Shown here in pieces: positions 31,044 to 40,611 of a stretch of 64,000 nucleotides of DNA; position 1 is the first letter of the stretch; every line of letters begins with the position of its first letter. Source of the stretch: a virus; IMG/VR virus record IMGVR_UViG_3300025141_000060, positions 10,991 through 74,990 of that record, one strand, 5' to 3'. The notes below the pieces were generated by a model. It ran no database searches. It was not told the origin of the DNA and worked only from the letters and a program-made list of their open reading frames with translations. The position numbers and the translations under genes were made by a program.

Positions 31044-31357
31044 TAGACTAAGTTAGGTATAGAGATCGCTGCGCCTGCCTGTAAATCTTCAAAAGGATCA
31101 AAATACGAATTAAATTGCATAGGATACCACCAATACCCAGGAGAATCATAAAAAGTATCCGAAATTAAGTCTGGCCTCTCTTTAAACATTGCGGGGATTC
31201 TCCCTGACCTCGATGGAACAGAATTTAAGGTCATAACCATATTATCATAATCTGATCCAACAGAGGTTGTTGTTGTTTTCCCTTTGTGGGTCAAATACTC
31301 TACCCCAAAGTTGTAGCGAGTATAGCTCTTGCCCATATTATTTGTTGTTACTTCCAT
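31043..31357 (-). CDS. LysM-like baseplate wedge protein (gp53/gpX-like)
   Basis: ERPDLIS..FY....YWW....N...DPF..L.AG..I.IP. Confidence 0.8.
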   Translation of the reverse strand: MEVTTNNMGKSYTRYNFGVEYLTHKGKTTTTSVGSDYDNMVMTLNSVPSRSGRIPAMFKERPDLISDTFYDSPGYWWYPMQFNSYFDPFEDLQAGAAISIPNLV

Positions 31358-31368
31358 AAGTGCCTCCT

Positions 31369-32340
31369 TTAAAGACCATCACCATAAATTAAATCATGAT
31401 CCCACAACAGAGGGTCGAGAGTCGTAGTTGCTTCATGTAGCATATCATCCCACCCCTTAACTTGATCAATATGTATCACATTAGTCATATCTCGGGGATC
31501 CTTATTTCGTTGAATCTCTAATAAGGATAAAGATATCTTAATTCTATTTGGCATCAAGGTTACTACATCAAAGCCAGCCTGTTCTTCCATTGATATACTA
31601 TAATTTTCAAGTACGGTAGCTATATTCTGATACAAAACACCGTGAGTAAACCGTAATATTGGAGGGCCTAAAGTAGGCTGCTTTCTGTTATTAAGACAAC
31701 TCATACGAATTAAACTTACCCAAAACAACATAATATCTAAAGCTTTTGGGTATAATTTGTCGCCAACAAACCCATCTTTATGATAAGCCACCAACTCTTC
31801 ATGTAACTTAAAGTCTGTAGTTAACCCATCAGTCTCTGGAATGGTGTCCCTGTCTTCTGCGGTAGCCTCATTTATTGCTTTGGCTATTTTTTTAGATTCA
31901 GATTTAGTCTTACCATCATTAAGTTTTTTCAGAAACGCTTTTCTCTTTTTATAGTAAGTAGTTTCCATTTTAGGACCCGAATTCGCATATTTCCAAGCTT
32001 CAAAAAACATCGCAATTTTTTCTTCTTTGCTCACAGGTGCTGGGGGTTGTGCTGTTAGTTCATTTGTTGCCATATCTACAACATGTTGTAATGTGATAAA
32101 GAACTCAAGTGTATATTTTTTGGACTTAGCTCCTGTATACCCTAGAAAATTGCTTGTTCTGCCTAAAACATCATATTTAATTAAATTTGAAGACTTTTTT
32201 TCACTAATTTTAGGGTTTTCAAAAAAAGGACAAACTCGATCTAAAGTTGCATTTGATTCGTTCGTAGGAAACTCAAATACAAGACGAGATCTTTCTTGTA
32301 ATAAGTTATCAATTTTAGTTGGTTCTCCATTAAATGACAT
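31369..32340 (-). CDS. Tail tube initiator/baseplate junction protein
   Basis: NP.ISE.K...Y.VLGR, PPILRF..G, P..IKISLSL; position after the tape measure gene. Confidence 0.6.
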   Translation of the reverse strand: MSFNGEPTKIDNLLQERSRLVFEFPTNESNATLDRVCPFFENPKISEKKSSNLIKYDVLGRTSNFLGYTGAKSKKYTLEFFITLQHVVDMATNELTAQPPAPVSKEEKIAMFFEAWKYANSGPKMETTYYKKRKAFLKKLNDGKTKSESKKIAKAINEATAEDRDTIPETDGLTTDFKLHEELVAYHKDGFVGDKLYPKALDIMLFWVSLIRMSCLNNRKQPTLGPPILRFTHGVLYQNIATVLENYSISMEEQAGFDVVTLMPNRIKISLSLLEIQRNKDPRDMTNVIHIDQVKGWDDMLHEATTTLDPLLWDHDLIYGDGL

Positions 32341-32342
32341 TA

Positions 32343-33971
32343 TTATCTTTTCCTTAAGTTAGGCTTTCCTGTTTTTTCAACTGCGTCTGTTGTCTCATGA
32401 ATAGCCTCTACCACCTGAGCTGTGAATTCAGTCATCTCTTCCGATCTAGCTGAGTCCAAGGTTTGAACAGTATTCATTTGATTATTTATTAACATTCTTG
32501 TAAACTCTTCAAATCTGTTTGGGCCTTCATCGCGTTTAAGTTTTGCTAGTTCAATTTTATTTCTTTCTGATTCTAAATCAGCAATTTTTGAGGTAGAGCC
32601 TAGGAGATTAGGTAAGAAAAACAGTAATGTTGATAGTGCGGCATGAAGAAGCATAGACGTCCAAGTGCCAGTTTTTAAAGCGAACGTGTTCTGTTGCAAA
32701 GCTATATCATGCTTCAGGGCTCGACGAGCTTTTCTCCAGTCTCGAATCTTCTCAACTATATGGTTATACTTATCCCAAACAAGTCTTGACGCACTGAACG
32801 CCATAAAAGCTTTTAATATGGTACCAATAGGGATGATATCATTAATAAACGTCAATATTGTAGTGGTTGTATTCAAAAGTCCAAGCACTAACCTACCAAT
32901 ATCTTCAGATAAGGGTTGTAAAAGGGTATCAAAAGCTGTTCTAAAATCTGACATTAGGTTCTCCATAGCCTCTTGGTGGGGAGTAATGGCTCCATCTTTA
33001 AAGCCTTGTACCAATTGATTAGCCATAACACCTACTGGACCTGCATAATCCATTCTAGCTCTACGCCCTGCAACTCCTGTAACTCCCGCTCCAAATCCTT
33101 GTACTTTGTCAGCAATACGCTCGAAAGTCGCTTTTAAATGTTCCGCAGAAGATCGTCCTGCCATGATTTTCTCAATATCATCGTGGATGCCCAACTTGCC
33201 TATTGAAGCCCAATCAGCGGTTACCAGTTGGTCTGTAAGTTCTCCGATTAAATCACCATGTTTTGGGAATTGTTTTGCTAAATCTTTAACACCTTGCATT
33301 GTTGCAGCAGCACCTCCTGTAAACCCTAGAACAGTTAAAGACTCTCCTAGCTTATTAATAGAGGAAATTAAGGTATCTGTACTAACTCCATAACGTAAAC
33401 TACTTTTTTCTAATGAAGCAATTAAATTATTTTGCTGAAGATTGGTCATTACCCCCTGTGTTGCCATTTTTTTGTTAATATTTATTAAGGCAGCCACATT
33501 CTGACCAGTAATCTTCATTCGGTTAGCTAATCTTATTGTCTCCCTATTGGCACTAAAAATACCTTCTCTTTGAAAGGACACCACAGAGTCCATTGATTTT
33601 TTTAACCCTCCAGGTAATCCATCAATTTTACTGCGATTAGCATCTAAAGCTTTTGTAAAATCTTGATTAAAAGCTAAAGTATTCTTTTGCGTTTCAATAG
33701 CCTCAGTTGCATATCGCTGCAACTGCTTGCCAAACCACATCATAGGGAGTTTTACAGCAGTAAATGACCCTATGAGTTTTGGGAACTGGTTTTCGAGCTT
33801 AGTGAGCGCCATTAGTAAAGGATCATACGACTCTTCATAAGTTCCGATATACTCCCTTTGCTTGGAGTCGTCCTGTGAGCCTTTACCTCCACCTCCATGG
33901 CCCCCACCTCCATGGGAATGAGTGCCGTCTTGCTGCAAAAGGGGGTATCTTTCTAATAAGTTAAAAATCAT
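32343..33971 (-). CDS. Tail tape measure protein
   Basis: Helical Ala/Gly/Leu-rich 542 aa with two hydrophobic stretches, upstream of the tube-initiator and LysM genes. Confidence 0.6.
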   Translation of the reverse strand: MIFNLLERYPLLQQDGTHSHGGGGHGGGGKGSQDDSKQREYIGTYEESYDPLLMALTKLENQFPKLIGSFTAVKLPMMWFGKQLQRYATEAIETQKNTLAFNQDFTKALDANRSKIDGLPGGLKKSMDSVVSFQREGIFSANRETIRLANRMKITGQNVAALININKKMATQGVMTNLQQNNLIASLEKSSLRYGVSTDTLISSINKLGESLTVLGFTGGAAATMQGVKDLAKQFPKHGDLIGELTDQLVTADWASIGKLGIHDDIEKIMAGRSSAEHLKATFERIADKVQGFGAGVTGVAGRRARMDYAGPVGVMANQLVQGFKDGAITPHQEAMENLMSDFRTAFDTLLQPLSEDIGRLVLGLLNTTTTILTFINDIIPIGTILKAFMAFSASRLVWDKYNHIVEKIRDWRKARRALKHDIALQQNTFALKTGTWTSMLLHAALSTLLFFLPNLLGSTSKIADLESERNKIELAKLKRDEGPNRFEEFTRMLINNQMNTVQTLDSARSEEMTEFTAQVVEAIHETTDAVEKTGKPNLRKR

Positions 33972-33974
33972 CTA

Positions 33975-34592
33975 CTAACCATCTAAATTTAGTCTGTATA
34001 AGGAATGCATCCCTAAATTAAGCCTAAAGGTTCTAAACTCTGTAGTTGGAAAAAGTGCTTGCATTCCCTCAGGGGAAATATTTCCTGCATCTTTTCTTAC
34101 ATCTCGATTACTTTTTTCGTTTTCCAAACTCTGGTAGGCCCTTTCTTGCTTTCTCGTTTCCATTGAATGTAAAACATTAACAACCGAAGCCATAGTATTT
34201 AGGTCTGTGCCAGAATCAATCAAAAAACACGACATCAAATCATTCTTGGTGCTTATATTTCCATAAACCCCATTTCCATATTTAGTAGCAACAATAATAG
34301 CAAAGTAAGCTTTCTTTATATACTTTAAAGAGGTATACGAAAAAACGACTAAATTTCCCGCTGTGAGAGTGCTATAACTTTTACTAGCATCTCTAGCATA
34401 TAGTCGTATAAGATCCTCGGCTCTTTCTGATATTGAAGAGTTTAAACCTACAGTGTCTTCCTTAAAGCTTTGCCAAGAGAAATCATCCTCCCCCTCATTT
34501 TCCCTAATATTATAGTAGTTCTGGAGAAAGGACGCCAAAGTATCCTTAAGGCGAAAAAAATCTCCAAAATTAGGTGTCAAAAATTCAAACAT
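33975..34592 (-). CDS. Putative DNA end-protector-like (T4 gp2-like) protein
   Basis: G.LVVFSY ... FRTFRL pattern; weak resemblance only. Confidence 0.35.
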   Translation of the reverse strand: MFEFLTPNFGDFFRLKDTLASFLQNYYNIRENEGEDDFSWQSFKEDTVGLNSSISERAEDLIRLYARDASKSYSTLTAGNLVVFSYTSLKYIKKAYFAIIVATKYGNGVYGNISTKNDLMSCFLIDSGTDLNTMASVVNVLHSMETRKQERAYQSLENEKSNRDVRKDAGNISPEGMQALFPTTEFRTFRLNLGMHSLYRLNLDG

Positions 34593-34618
34593 GGTCTTAT
34601 TATATATAAATATTAAAT

Positions 34619-34915
34619 ATGTATAGTAATAGTGATATAGAGTTTATTGATTTCATAGATTTAATCAATGTTACCTTAAGTAATGATTTCATTGAAAAAT
34701 GGAGATATAGATTTAGTGAAAAATTTATTAAACATTTTCAAATAAAGATATTAAATTCATTAACCAAAAGAAAAGTAATTAAAATAGAAACTTTATATAA
34801 CTATCTAACGAAAAAGTGTAAATACTCAGAAGAACAGGTAGATAACTTTTTCGATGCTATTGATATTTACCTATACTCACCGATTATTCAAGGTAAATTA
34901 AAGAAGAATAAATAA
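34619..34915 (+). CDS. Hypothetical protein
   Basis: 98 aa, AT-rich, divergent from 34592. Confidence 0.6.
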   Translation: MYSNSDIEFIDFIDLINVTLSNDFIEKWRYRFSEKFIKHFQIKILNSLTKRKVIKIETLYNYLTKKCKYSEEQVDNFFDAIDIYLYSPIIQGKLKKNK

Positions 34916-35680
34916 TTATTCTTTCTTCTTTGCTTCTTGGAGTCTTTGCTCGATCAAGCAATGGTCTGTAAATTCAGGGCATAGAGACTTATAAGAACAC
35001 CAATTGCAAAACTGATTCCTAATAGGAACTAGATCAGTTTTCTTGGACTTTCTAATCTTCCAAACATCATCAACAACGGATCTGATGTGTGCATGAATTT
35101 GATTAGTAGTATATTGTACGTTTACAAAAGTATTTGTTAGTGGGTAGTAATGTGCGGCAGTTATCTTGTTAAGCGGCACGTTATACAGTTTATGGACTGC
35201 ATAAACATAACCCTTTAGTTGGGGGTCTTGGTAAAGTTCGACCTTACTCTTCTCCCTCTTGGATGTTTTGTAGTCTATAACTAAATAACCACCCTCTTTT
35301 CCTTTTATTATCCTATCAATATATCCATTAATAGTGATACCTTCTGCTACTTCCAGATCGAAGTGTTGTTCTGATATACCTATTTCAGGTAAAGTAGCGT
35401 TAAATCTTAAGAAATTCCTTAAACAAGGAAGAACTTTACTATTATAAGATGAAGCAAAAGTATATTTTTCTTTTTTTTCTTCTGCCAATTTCTCTAATGT
35501 ATCTAAATCGGTCGCCTCGACCCCATCTTCAAAAATTTGGTGAATATATGAACCAAAATGAAGGGCATCGGTGTTTGATAGATCGTAGTCAGCAATGCGG
35601 TCTACATAGCGATAGCGATATTTAAGTTTACATTGGTTGAACGTGTCGCGTTTTGAATTACTAATTGTATTTATGAACAT
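34916..35680 (-). CDS. PD-(D/E)XK RecB/Cas4-like nuclease with a probable Fe-S cluster
   Basis: N-terminal Cys, GSYIH, GYIDRI, IDYKT, QL..Y and C-terminal CNWC-x5-C; likely start MFINT at 35680. Confidence 0.85.
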   Translation of the reverse strand: MFINTISNSKRDTFNQCKLKYRYRYVDRIADYDLSNTDALHFGSYIHQIFEDGVEATDLDTLEKLAEEKKEKYTFASSYNSKVLPCLRNFLRFNATLPEIGISEQHFDLEVAEGITINGYIDRIIKGKEGGYLVIDYKTSKREKSKVELYQDPQLKGYVYAVHKLYNVPLNKITAAHYYPLTNTFVNVQYTTNQIHAHIRSVVDDVWKIRKSKKTDLVPIRNQFCNWCSYKSLCPEFTDHCLIEQRLQEAKKKE

Positions 35681-36685
35681 ATGTTTAATCCTCAATTTAT
35701 TAAAGACTACCTTACCGAAAAGTTGAATACGGATTATCGTCTATCTTCTAATAGTGCGGAGTTAATCATCCCCTCTGTATTTATAGAGGATGATTATAAA
35801 AGGCATATGAGCGTTAACCTTGAAACAGGACTCTGGCAGTGCTTTAAAACGGGCAATCAAGGTAATTTCATTAAACTTTACTCAATTTTAGAGGGGATTA
35901 GCTACAGGGCTGCTGAATCAAAGCTCCTTTTTCAAGGCGCTGAGACGGGTTTATGGGATTTATGGGAGGACCAAACTGCAAAACCCAAAGAAACCCACGA
36001 AATAACGCAAAAACTAGACACCAGCGGCTTTATTCCAGTAAATATTGATAGTTATGACTCAAATAACCAACTCGTAGTTAGAGCATGGAAGTTTTTGATG
36101 GACAGAAAGCTCTTTAATCTTAAGGAGTTTGACGAAGAGCCGTATTATGTGGCTTGCGAGGGTAAATATCGAGGAAGACTTATTATCCCCTTTAAAGATT
36201 ACGATGGAGAGATCTTCTTTTTCCAAGCCAGAAGCCTTATGCATGGGCTTACTCCTAAGTACCTGAATCCTAGCTCTGAAAATGGTGTAAAATCGAGCAA
36301 TATTCTTTACCCCTTCGACTTTGAGCGTGAACACCTATGCGTTTGCGAAGGACCCTCCGATGCGATTACGCTCAATTTAAATGGCTTAAATGCAACATGT
36401 ACCGTAGGTAGCACAATCTCCAATGTTCAAATGCAAACCTTAAGGGAGTTCGAAGGTAGAATTATCTTAACTTACGACAACGATGCTGCTGGGACCCGTG
36501 GAATTGAAAAGTTCGAACACTTAAGAAAGAAGTACCTGATGCCGACATTTTCCATTTGCACTCCTCCCATTAAATATAAAGACTGGAATGAAGCTCATCA
36601 AGCAGGAGAGGATTTATATGAATGGTTTACTGAAAAAACCTACGAATACAACTACGATAATAAAACGCTTAGAAGCTTAGATTAA
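35681..36685 (+). CDS. DnaG-type DNA primase
   Basis: RLIIP, QAR, KYLN, TOPRIM VCEG..DA, YDND.AG, KDWNE. Confidence 0.9.
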   Translation: MFNPQFIKDYLTEKLNTDYRLSSNSAELIIPSVFIEDDYKRHMSVNLETGLWQCFKTGNQGNFIKLYSILEGISYRAAESKLLFQGAETGLWDLWEDQTAKPKETHEITQKLDTSGFIPVNIDSYDSNNQLVVRAWKFLMDRKLFNLKEFDEEPYYVACEGKYRGRLIIPFKDYDGEIFFFQARSLMHGLTPKYLNPSSENGVKSSNILYPFDFEREHLCVCEGPSDAITLNLNGLNATCTVGSTISNVQMQTLREFEGRIILTYDNDAAGTRGIEKFEHLRKKYLMPTFSICTPPIKYKDWNEAHQAGEDLYEWFTEKTYEYNYDNKTLRSLD

Positions 36686-38557
36686 TTAAGTCTGCTTTAC
36701 CTGAATAACAATGGAGTTAGGACCTCTATTTCCTGGGTTTCTTTGGTTACTGTCTAAAATCTTAATTTGAAGTTCAGGAAAGCTTCTCCCATTAGCAGTG
36801 TAAGCATCCCAGCGTAATACAGTGTTGTAATCTTCTGCGTCTATCTTTTTTACGACTCCCGTAGAAAATCTAGCAGGAAAATGACTAGGGCAACCCATCA
36901 GCAAACCAATACCCTGAGGACCCCAATCAACAACTAAAGCTCCGTTGTTTGGACCATCAATATCTGGTCCATGAACGTCCAAAGGACGGAACCAAGCATT
37001 TCTTCTATATGATATTGCTAAATATCTTTCTTCAGTTGGACAGTCATCCGCCAGATTAGCATGAACACAATTATTTTCTATCCACATCTCACTTCGATCA
37101 ATATCTCTTCTTAGTAAAAGAAGCATTGTTTTAGAGTCAGCAACATTGGCTACCATATCTGGATCATCAAAAGCTTGATCATGAGCAAATAGTGTAATTT
37201 TTTGAACACCCTCTACGATTGCTGCTGGGTCTGGAAAATGAACGCATTGAGGTGGGAATTTCTCTTTAAAATGTACTCGATCAGCAGGTCCTGTTATTGG
37301 TCTCGCGCCTTTATTGGTTATAAACTTTTTAAATGCCGTAAAATGAGCCTCCTCCCACGCCCCGTACCTATTTTCAGAAGCTCCTCCAAAAGACATGAGA
37401 TCCAAATTATCTACACCCTCATAAGCATAACTAACACCATTGCAAGCATCATGCGGTGCGAGATGGTAATTATCATAACAATGCATGTCTGGCAAGCCTG
37501 CACGTTGAGGATAATATTTTGAATCGTGGCTGTGTCCTATACTATGTCCAATTTCATGAAGGGTTACTTGAGTAACTCTTGCATCACCTAAAACTTGCGC
37601 TGCACTTGTCAAGTCTAAGAGTGCAGGAGGGTCATTAGCAAGACCTGCATCAGGCATTACAACGGTAAATACGAAAGGATCGCCCCCCGCATTACCTCCT
37701 AGATCATGGACTTCGGGACAACCACCAAGAACAATTCCAATTTTTAGATCATATCCCACCAGATCCACACCCCCATCCCAGGATGCGCCATTCCCGTAAC
37801 CATTATCCATAAACCAGTTCTTCATCAACGTGCGAAAACCATCAGGTCCACCACAATCACAAGTCATCATGTGGCCAGGATTGCCACAAGGGTTTGTTGG
37901 GTTTGGGGAATCAGGATTACCTACCCAAACAAAATCTAAATCAGAATTATTTGCTCCTGTATCTGGCATATTAGAACCACCAACTAATTCAAGCTGACCA
38001 TGCGTGTAATCCCTTATGCCTTTTTTAAGGTTATTACCCATTAGAGTCATGAACTCTGCCTGAGTCCAATCTGGACCCGTATAATTCTCTAGCTCGCTTG
38101 TCGAGGGCCAAAAAATTCCTACAACGGTACGGACTTCGGTTGATGTACCCCAACCAGCACCATAACCCACGGTGTCTGATGCTTTAATACCTTTTTCACC
38201 AACTTTTTTAAATTTACTTTCTATATCTTTAAAAGGGGTTTCTGGAGGAGTCATATGCCTAAAATCAGGATCTGGGGTGAGGTCGCAAGAATCAACAGAG
38301 TAGGTTCCGTCAGGATTTACTGTATGAGCACCTCCCCCAGGGTGAATACATTCTTTTCCTGGAGGCAAAAAATATCCCTTATAGTTATACGGATTGCTCA
38401 TTCCGTTTACCTCAGGACAAGTAGTATTACCCTCAGCATCGGGGTAGTTTCCGTTTGGGCCGATAGCACCCCGCCCACCAACACCTGCTCTAGGTACTCC
38501 AGCCCAAGGTGATCGTCCTCTTAATATATTCTTTCCCGATGCTCCTATTTTTGCCAT
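36686..38557 (-). CDS. Metzincin zinc metalloprotease, paralogue 1
   Basis: HEIGHSIGHSH plus Met-turn DLMS; Cys-rich. Confidence 0.8.
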   Translation of the reverse strand: MAKIGASGKNILRGRSPWAGVPRAGVGGRGAIGPNGNYPDAEGNTTCPEVNGMSNPYNYKGYFLPPGKECIHPGGGAHTVNPDGTYSVDSCDLTPDPDFRHMTPPETPFKDIESKFKKVGEKGIKASDTVGYGAGWGTSTEVRTVVGIFWPSTSELENYTGPDWTQAEFMTLMGNNLKKGIRDYTHGQLELVGGSNMPDTGANNSDLDFVWVGNPDSPNPTNPCGNPGHMMTCDCGGPDGFRTLMKNWFMDNGYGNGASWDGGVDLVGYDLKIGIVLGGCPEVHDLGGNAGGDPFVFTVVMPDAGLANDPPALLDLTSAAQVLGDARVTQVTLHEIGHSIGHSHDSKYYPQRAGLPDMHCYDNYHLAPHDACNGVSYAYEGVDNLDLMSFGGASENRYGAWEEAHFTAFKKFITNKGARPITGPADRVHFKEKFPPQCVHFPDPAAIVEGVQKITLFAHDQAFDDPDMVANVADSKTMLLLLRRDIDRSEMWIENNCVHANLADDCPTEERYLAISYRRNAWFRPLDVHGPDIDGPNNGALVVDWGPQGIGLLMGCPSHFPARFSTGVVKKIDAEDYNTVLRWDAYTANGRSFPELQIKILDSNQRNPGNRGPNSIVIQVKQT

Positions 38558-38598
38558 TTTATAAACTCCTAATATATGTAGATGCCCTATTATAAGGT

Positions 38599-38883
38599 AT
38601 GGAATATTTTGTCAATTTTTTAGTGTGGATTTTTACTTTAATGGGTATAACAATTATTGTTACCCAATCTTCTATCTTTAATGCTATTAGACAGAAGATA
38701 GCAAAACTTAATAGTTATTTAGGAATGCTAGTTAGTTGCCCACTATGCTTCTCTTTTTGGGCGGGTTTATTTCTATCCCATTTTTATACAAGCTTGACGG
38801 GAAATATGTTTTTTGATGCATTACTTGCAAGCGGAGTATCTTGGTATATGACCTATGAATCTCCTCAAATGCATCACCACTGA
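38599..38883 (+). CDS. Small membrane protein with CxxC (DUF1360-like)
   Basis: Hydrophobic segments; LVSCPLCFSFWAG. Confidence 0.65.
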   Translation: MEYFVNFLVWIFTLMGITIIVTQSSIFNAIRQKIAKLNSYLGMLVSCPLCFSFWAGLFLSHFYTSLTGNMFFDALLASGVSWYMTYESPQMHHH

Positions 38884-38916
38884 AAGAAAAACGGAGATCG
38901 TTCTGTAGAGTGATTT

Positions 38917-40605
38917 TCACCCTTGAACTATTTCTAGTTTTATCTTTTCTGGTCCTTGGTTCCCTGGCCCATCTGCTGCTTCTATGATTCTAATGGTTAA
39001 CTTAGGATAAGTTATTCCATTTGCAGTATACGCTTCAAAAACTTTTTGTTCCCCTGGTCCCCCTGCTGGATAAGTAACCGAAGTATCTAACCCATATAAA
39101 GTAATTGGTCCATAAGCGGTTGAACCACAACCGTAGCCTTCTACCTGCCTCATTGGACCCCAATCTATCATTAGAGTTCCATTCATGTGCCAATCATCGG
39201 GGTAAACCTGACCTCCAACAGTGCCTCCATTAGGTTGCGCTCTAGGTCCTTTGTACGAAGTATTTTTTCTATATGAAATACCTAGATATCTTTCTTTAGG
39301 ATCCCCAACGCTTGCCATATCATCACAAGGCTGTATCTGGGACAGATCAATATCTCGACGCACTTTTATCAACATGGGCTTTCCTGTGTTTAATATATCT
39401 TGAGTTAGAGCATCTTCATAAACTCTGTCCTGTGCATATAAATCACCTGTCCAAATAACACCAGTACCAAGTCCTGATAAAGTAACTGCATTAGTATCAG
39501 TTAAATGAGCAGGACCTTGGCTTCCTACACCCCACATTTGATCAGGGATTCTTCCTATCATGTTTTTAGCATGAGCAGATGGGTGCGGTTCTCTCCACAC
39601 ATTAAAATTATTTGTAAAGTATGAGGTATCCCAAGCCATTGTATCCCACATATCTATCCCCCCATAGCCTCCCTTCATTTCTGTACAAGGAAATATAGGT
39701 CCATTTGCTCTAAATGTTTCTATACAAGGATAAGGACCTCCCCCATTCGAGTACCTACCATTATGTGCATACCCCACGCTATGCAAAATTTCATGTAACG
39801 AAACTTGCCTAAGGTAACCACTAGTAAGGACACTTTCAGCTAATGCTATATAACCAGTGTCATCTGGCTGGTAAGGAGGCGCGGTCACGCTATTACGAAA
39901 AATTTCCGTATAAAAATCAAGAAAAACAAGAGGATCCAAACTAGCACTTCCATATGAGCCGGTCCCAGGACCCGTCCAGCCATTGTGAGAACAACCAACA
40001 CCAAGAGCATATTTAAGCTCATAATTAGCATCAGTGTATCCATTATTGTTAAACCAATTTTTTACTAATGTATGAATATTATTTGGTCCCCCACAATTAC
40101 ATGTCGTCAGTCCTGTTGTGCCACAATTAACGCTGGGAAGCTCACCTATCCAAACGAAATCAACATTAGATCCATTGGCTCCAACTAGTTGAACACTTCC
40201 GTAAGTAACATCAGCTAAAGCTTTATTAATATCATTAACAAAATGCGTTTGAACTTCAGTTTGAGTCCACGGTTTAACCTCCTCCCCCAAACTACCAGTT
40301 GCTGTAAGAGGGCTATTTGGTGGATAATAAACAGCTATCACAGTCCTAAGGTTACCAGTCTGAAGTTGAACATTTGAATTGGTGTTGTATAGAGGGGGGT
40401 GCCCTATGTACTTAGCATTTTCAGGCGGGATAGCGGTATCATTTCCACCGTTAGCATCATTAGCACACCTAAACCCAGGAGGCATTCCATTCCAATCAAC
40501 ACCCTCAGGGATTTCCTGTTTTCCAACTGAGGGTATCCATCCCTGCGCTAACCGTTTTCCCCTCCCGAACCGTGATCCTCTCCCTACTGGTGTTATTCCT
40601 ACCAC
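38917..40605 (-). CDS. Metzincin zinc metalloprotease, paralogue 2
   Basis: HEILHSVGYAH plus DTMAW; GTG start. Confidence 0.8.
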   Translation of the reverse strand: MVGITPVGRGSRFGRGKRLAQGWIPSVGKQEIPEGVDWNGMPPGFRCANDANGGNDTAIPPENAKYIGHPPLYNTNSNVQLQTGNLRTVIAVYYPPNSPLTATGSLGEEVKPWTQTEVQTHFVNDINKALADVTYGSVQLVGANGSNVDFVWIGELPSVNCGTTGLTTCNCGGPNNIHTLVKNWFNNNGYTDANYELKYALGVGCSHNGWTGPGTGSYGSASLDPLVFLDFYTEIFRNSVTAPPYQPDDTGYIALAESVLTSGYLRQVSLHEILHSVGYAHNGRYSNGGGPYPCIETFRANGPIFPCTEMKGGYGGIDMWDTMAWDTSYFTNNFNVWREPHPSAHAKNMIGRIPDQMWGVGSQGPAHLTDTNAVTLSGLGTGVIWTGDLYAQDRVYEDALTQDILNTGKPMLIKVRRDIDLSQIQPCDDMASVGDPKERYLGISYRKNTSYKGPRAQPNGGTVGGQVYPDDWHMNGTLMIDWGPMRQVEGYGCGSTAYGPITLYGLDTSVTYPAGGPGEQKVFEAYTANGITYPKLTIRIIEAADGPGNQGPEKIKLEIVQG

Positions 40606-40611
40606 AATTAT

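Noticed and set aside
21806-33971. Bacterial eCIS/T6SS/tailocin locus
   Set aside because: Terminase, T4-type portal, primase and helicase in the same window indicate a true phage.
34916-35680. Cas4-like gene as part of a CRISPR system
   Set aside because: No repeat-spacer array or other cas genes are seen; stand-alone Cas4-like nucleases are common in phages.
38881-38913. Possible Sec readthrough at the TGA of the CxxC membrane protein (hairpin AACG-GAGAT-CGTT)
   Set aside because: The stem is weak, the loop is only about 10 nt from the UGA, there is no Cys-aligned context, and another TGA follows shortly.
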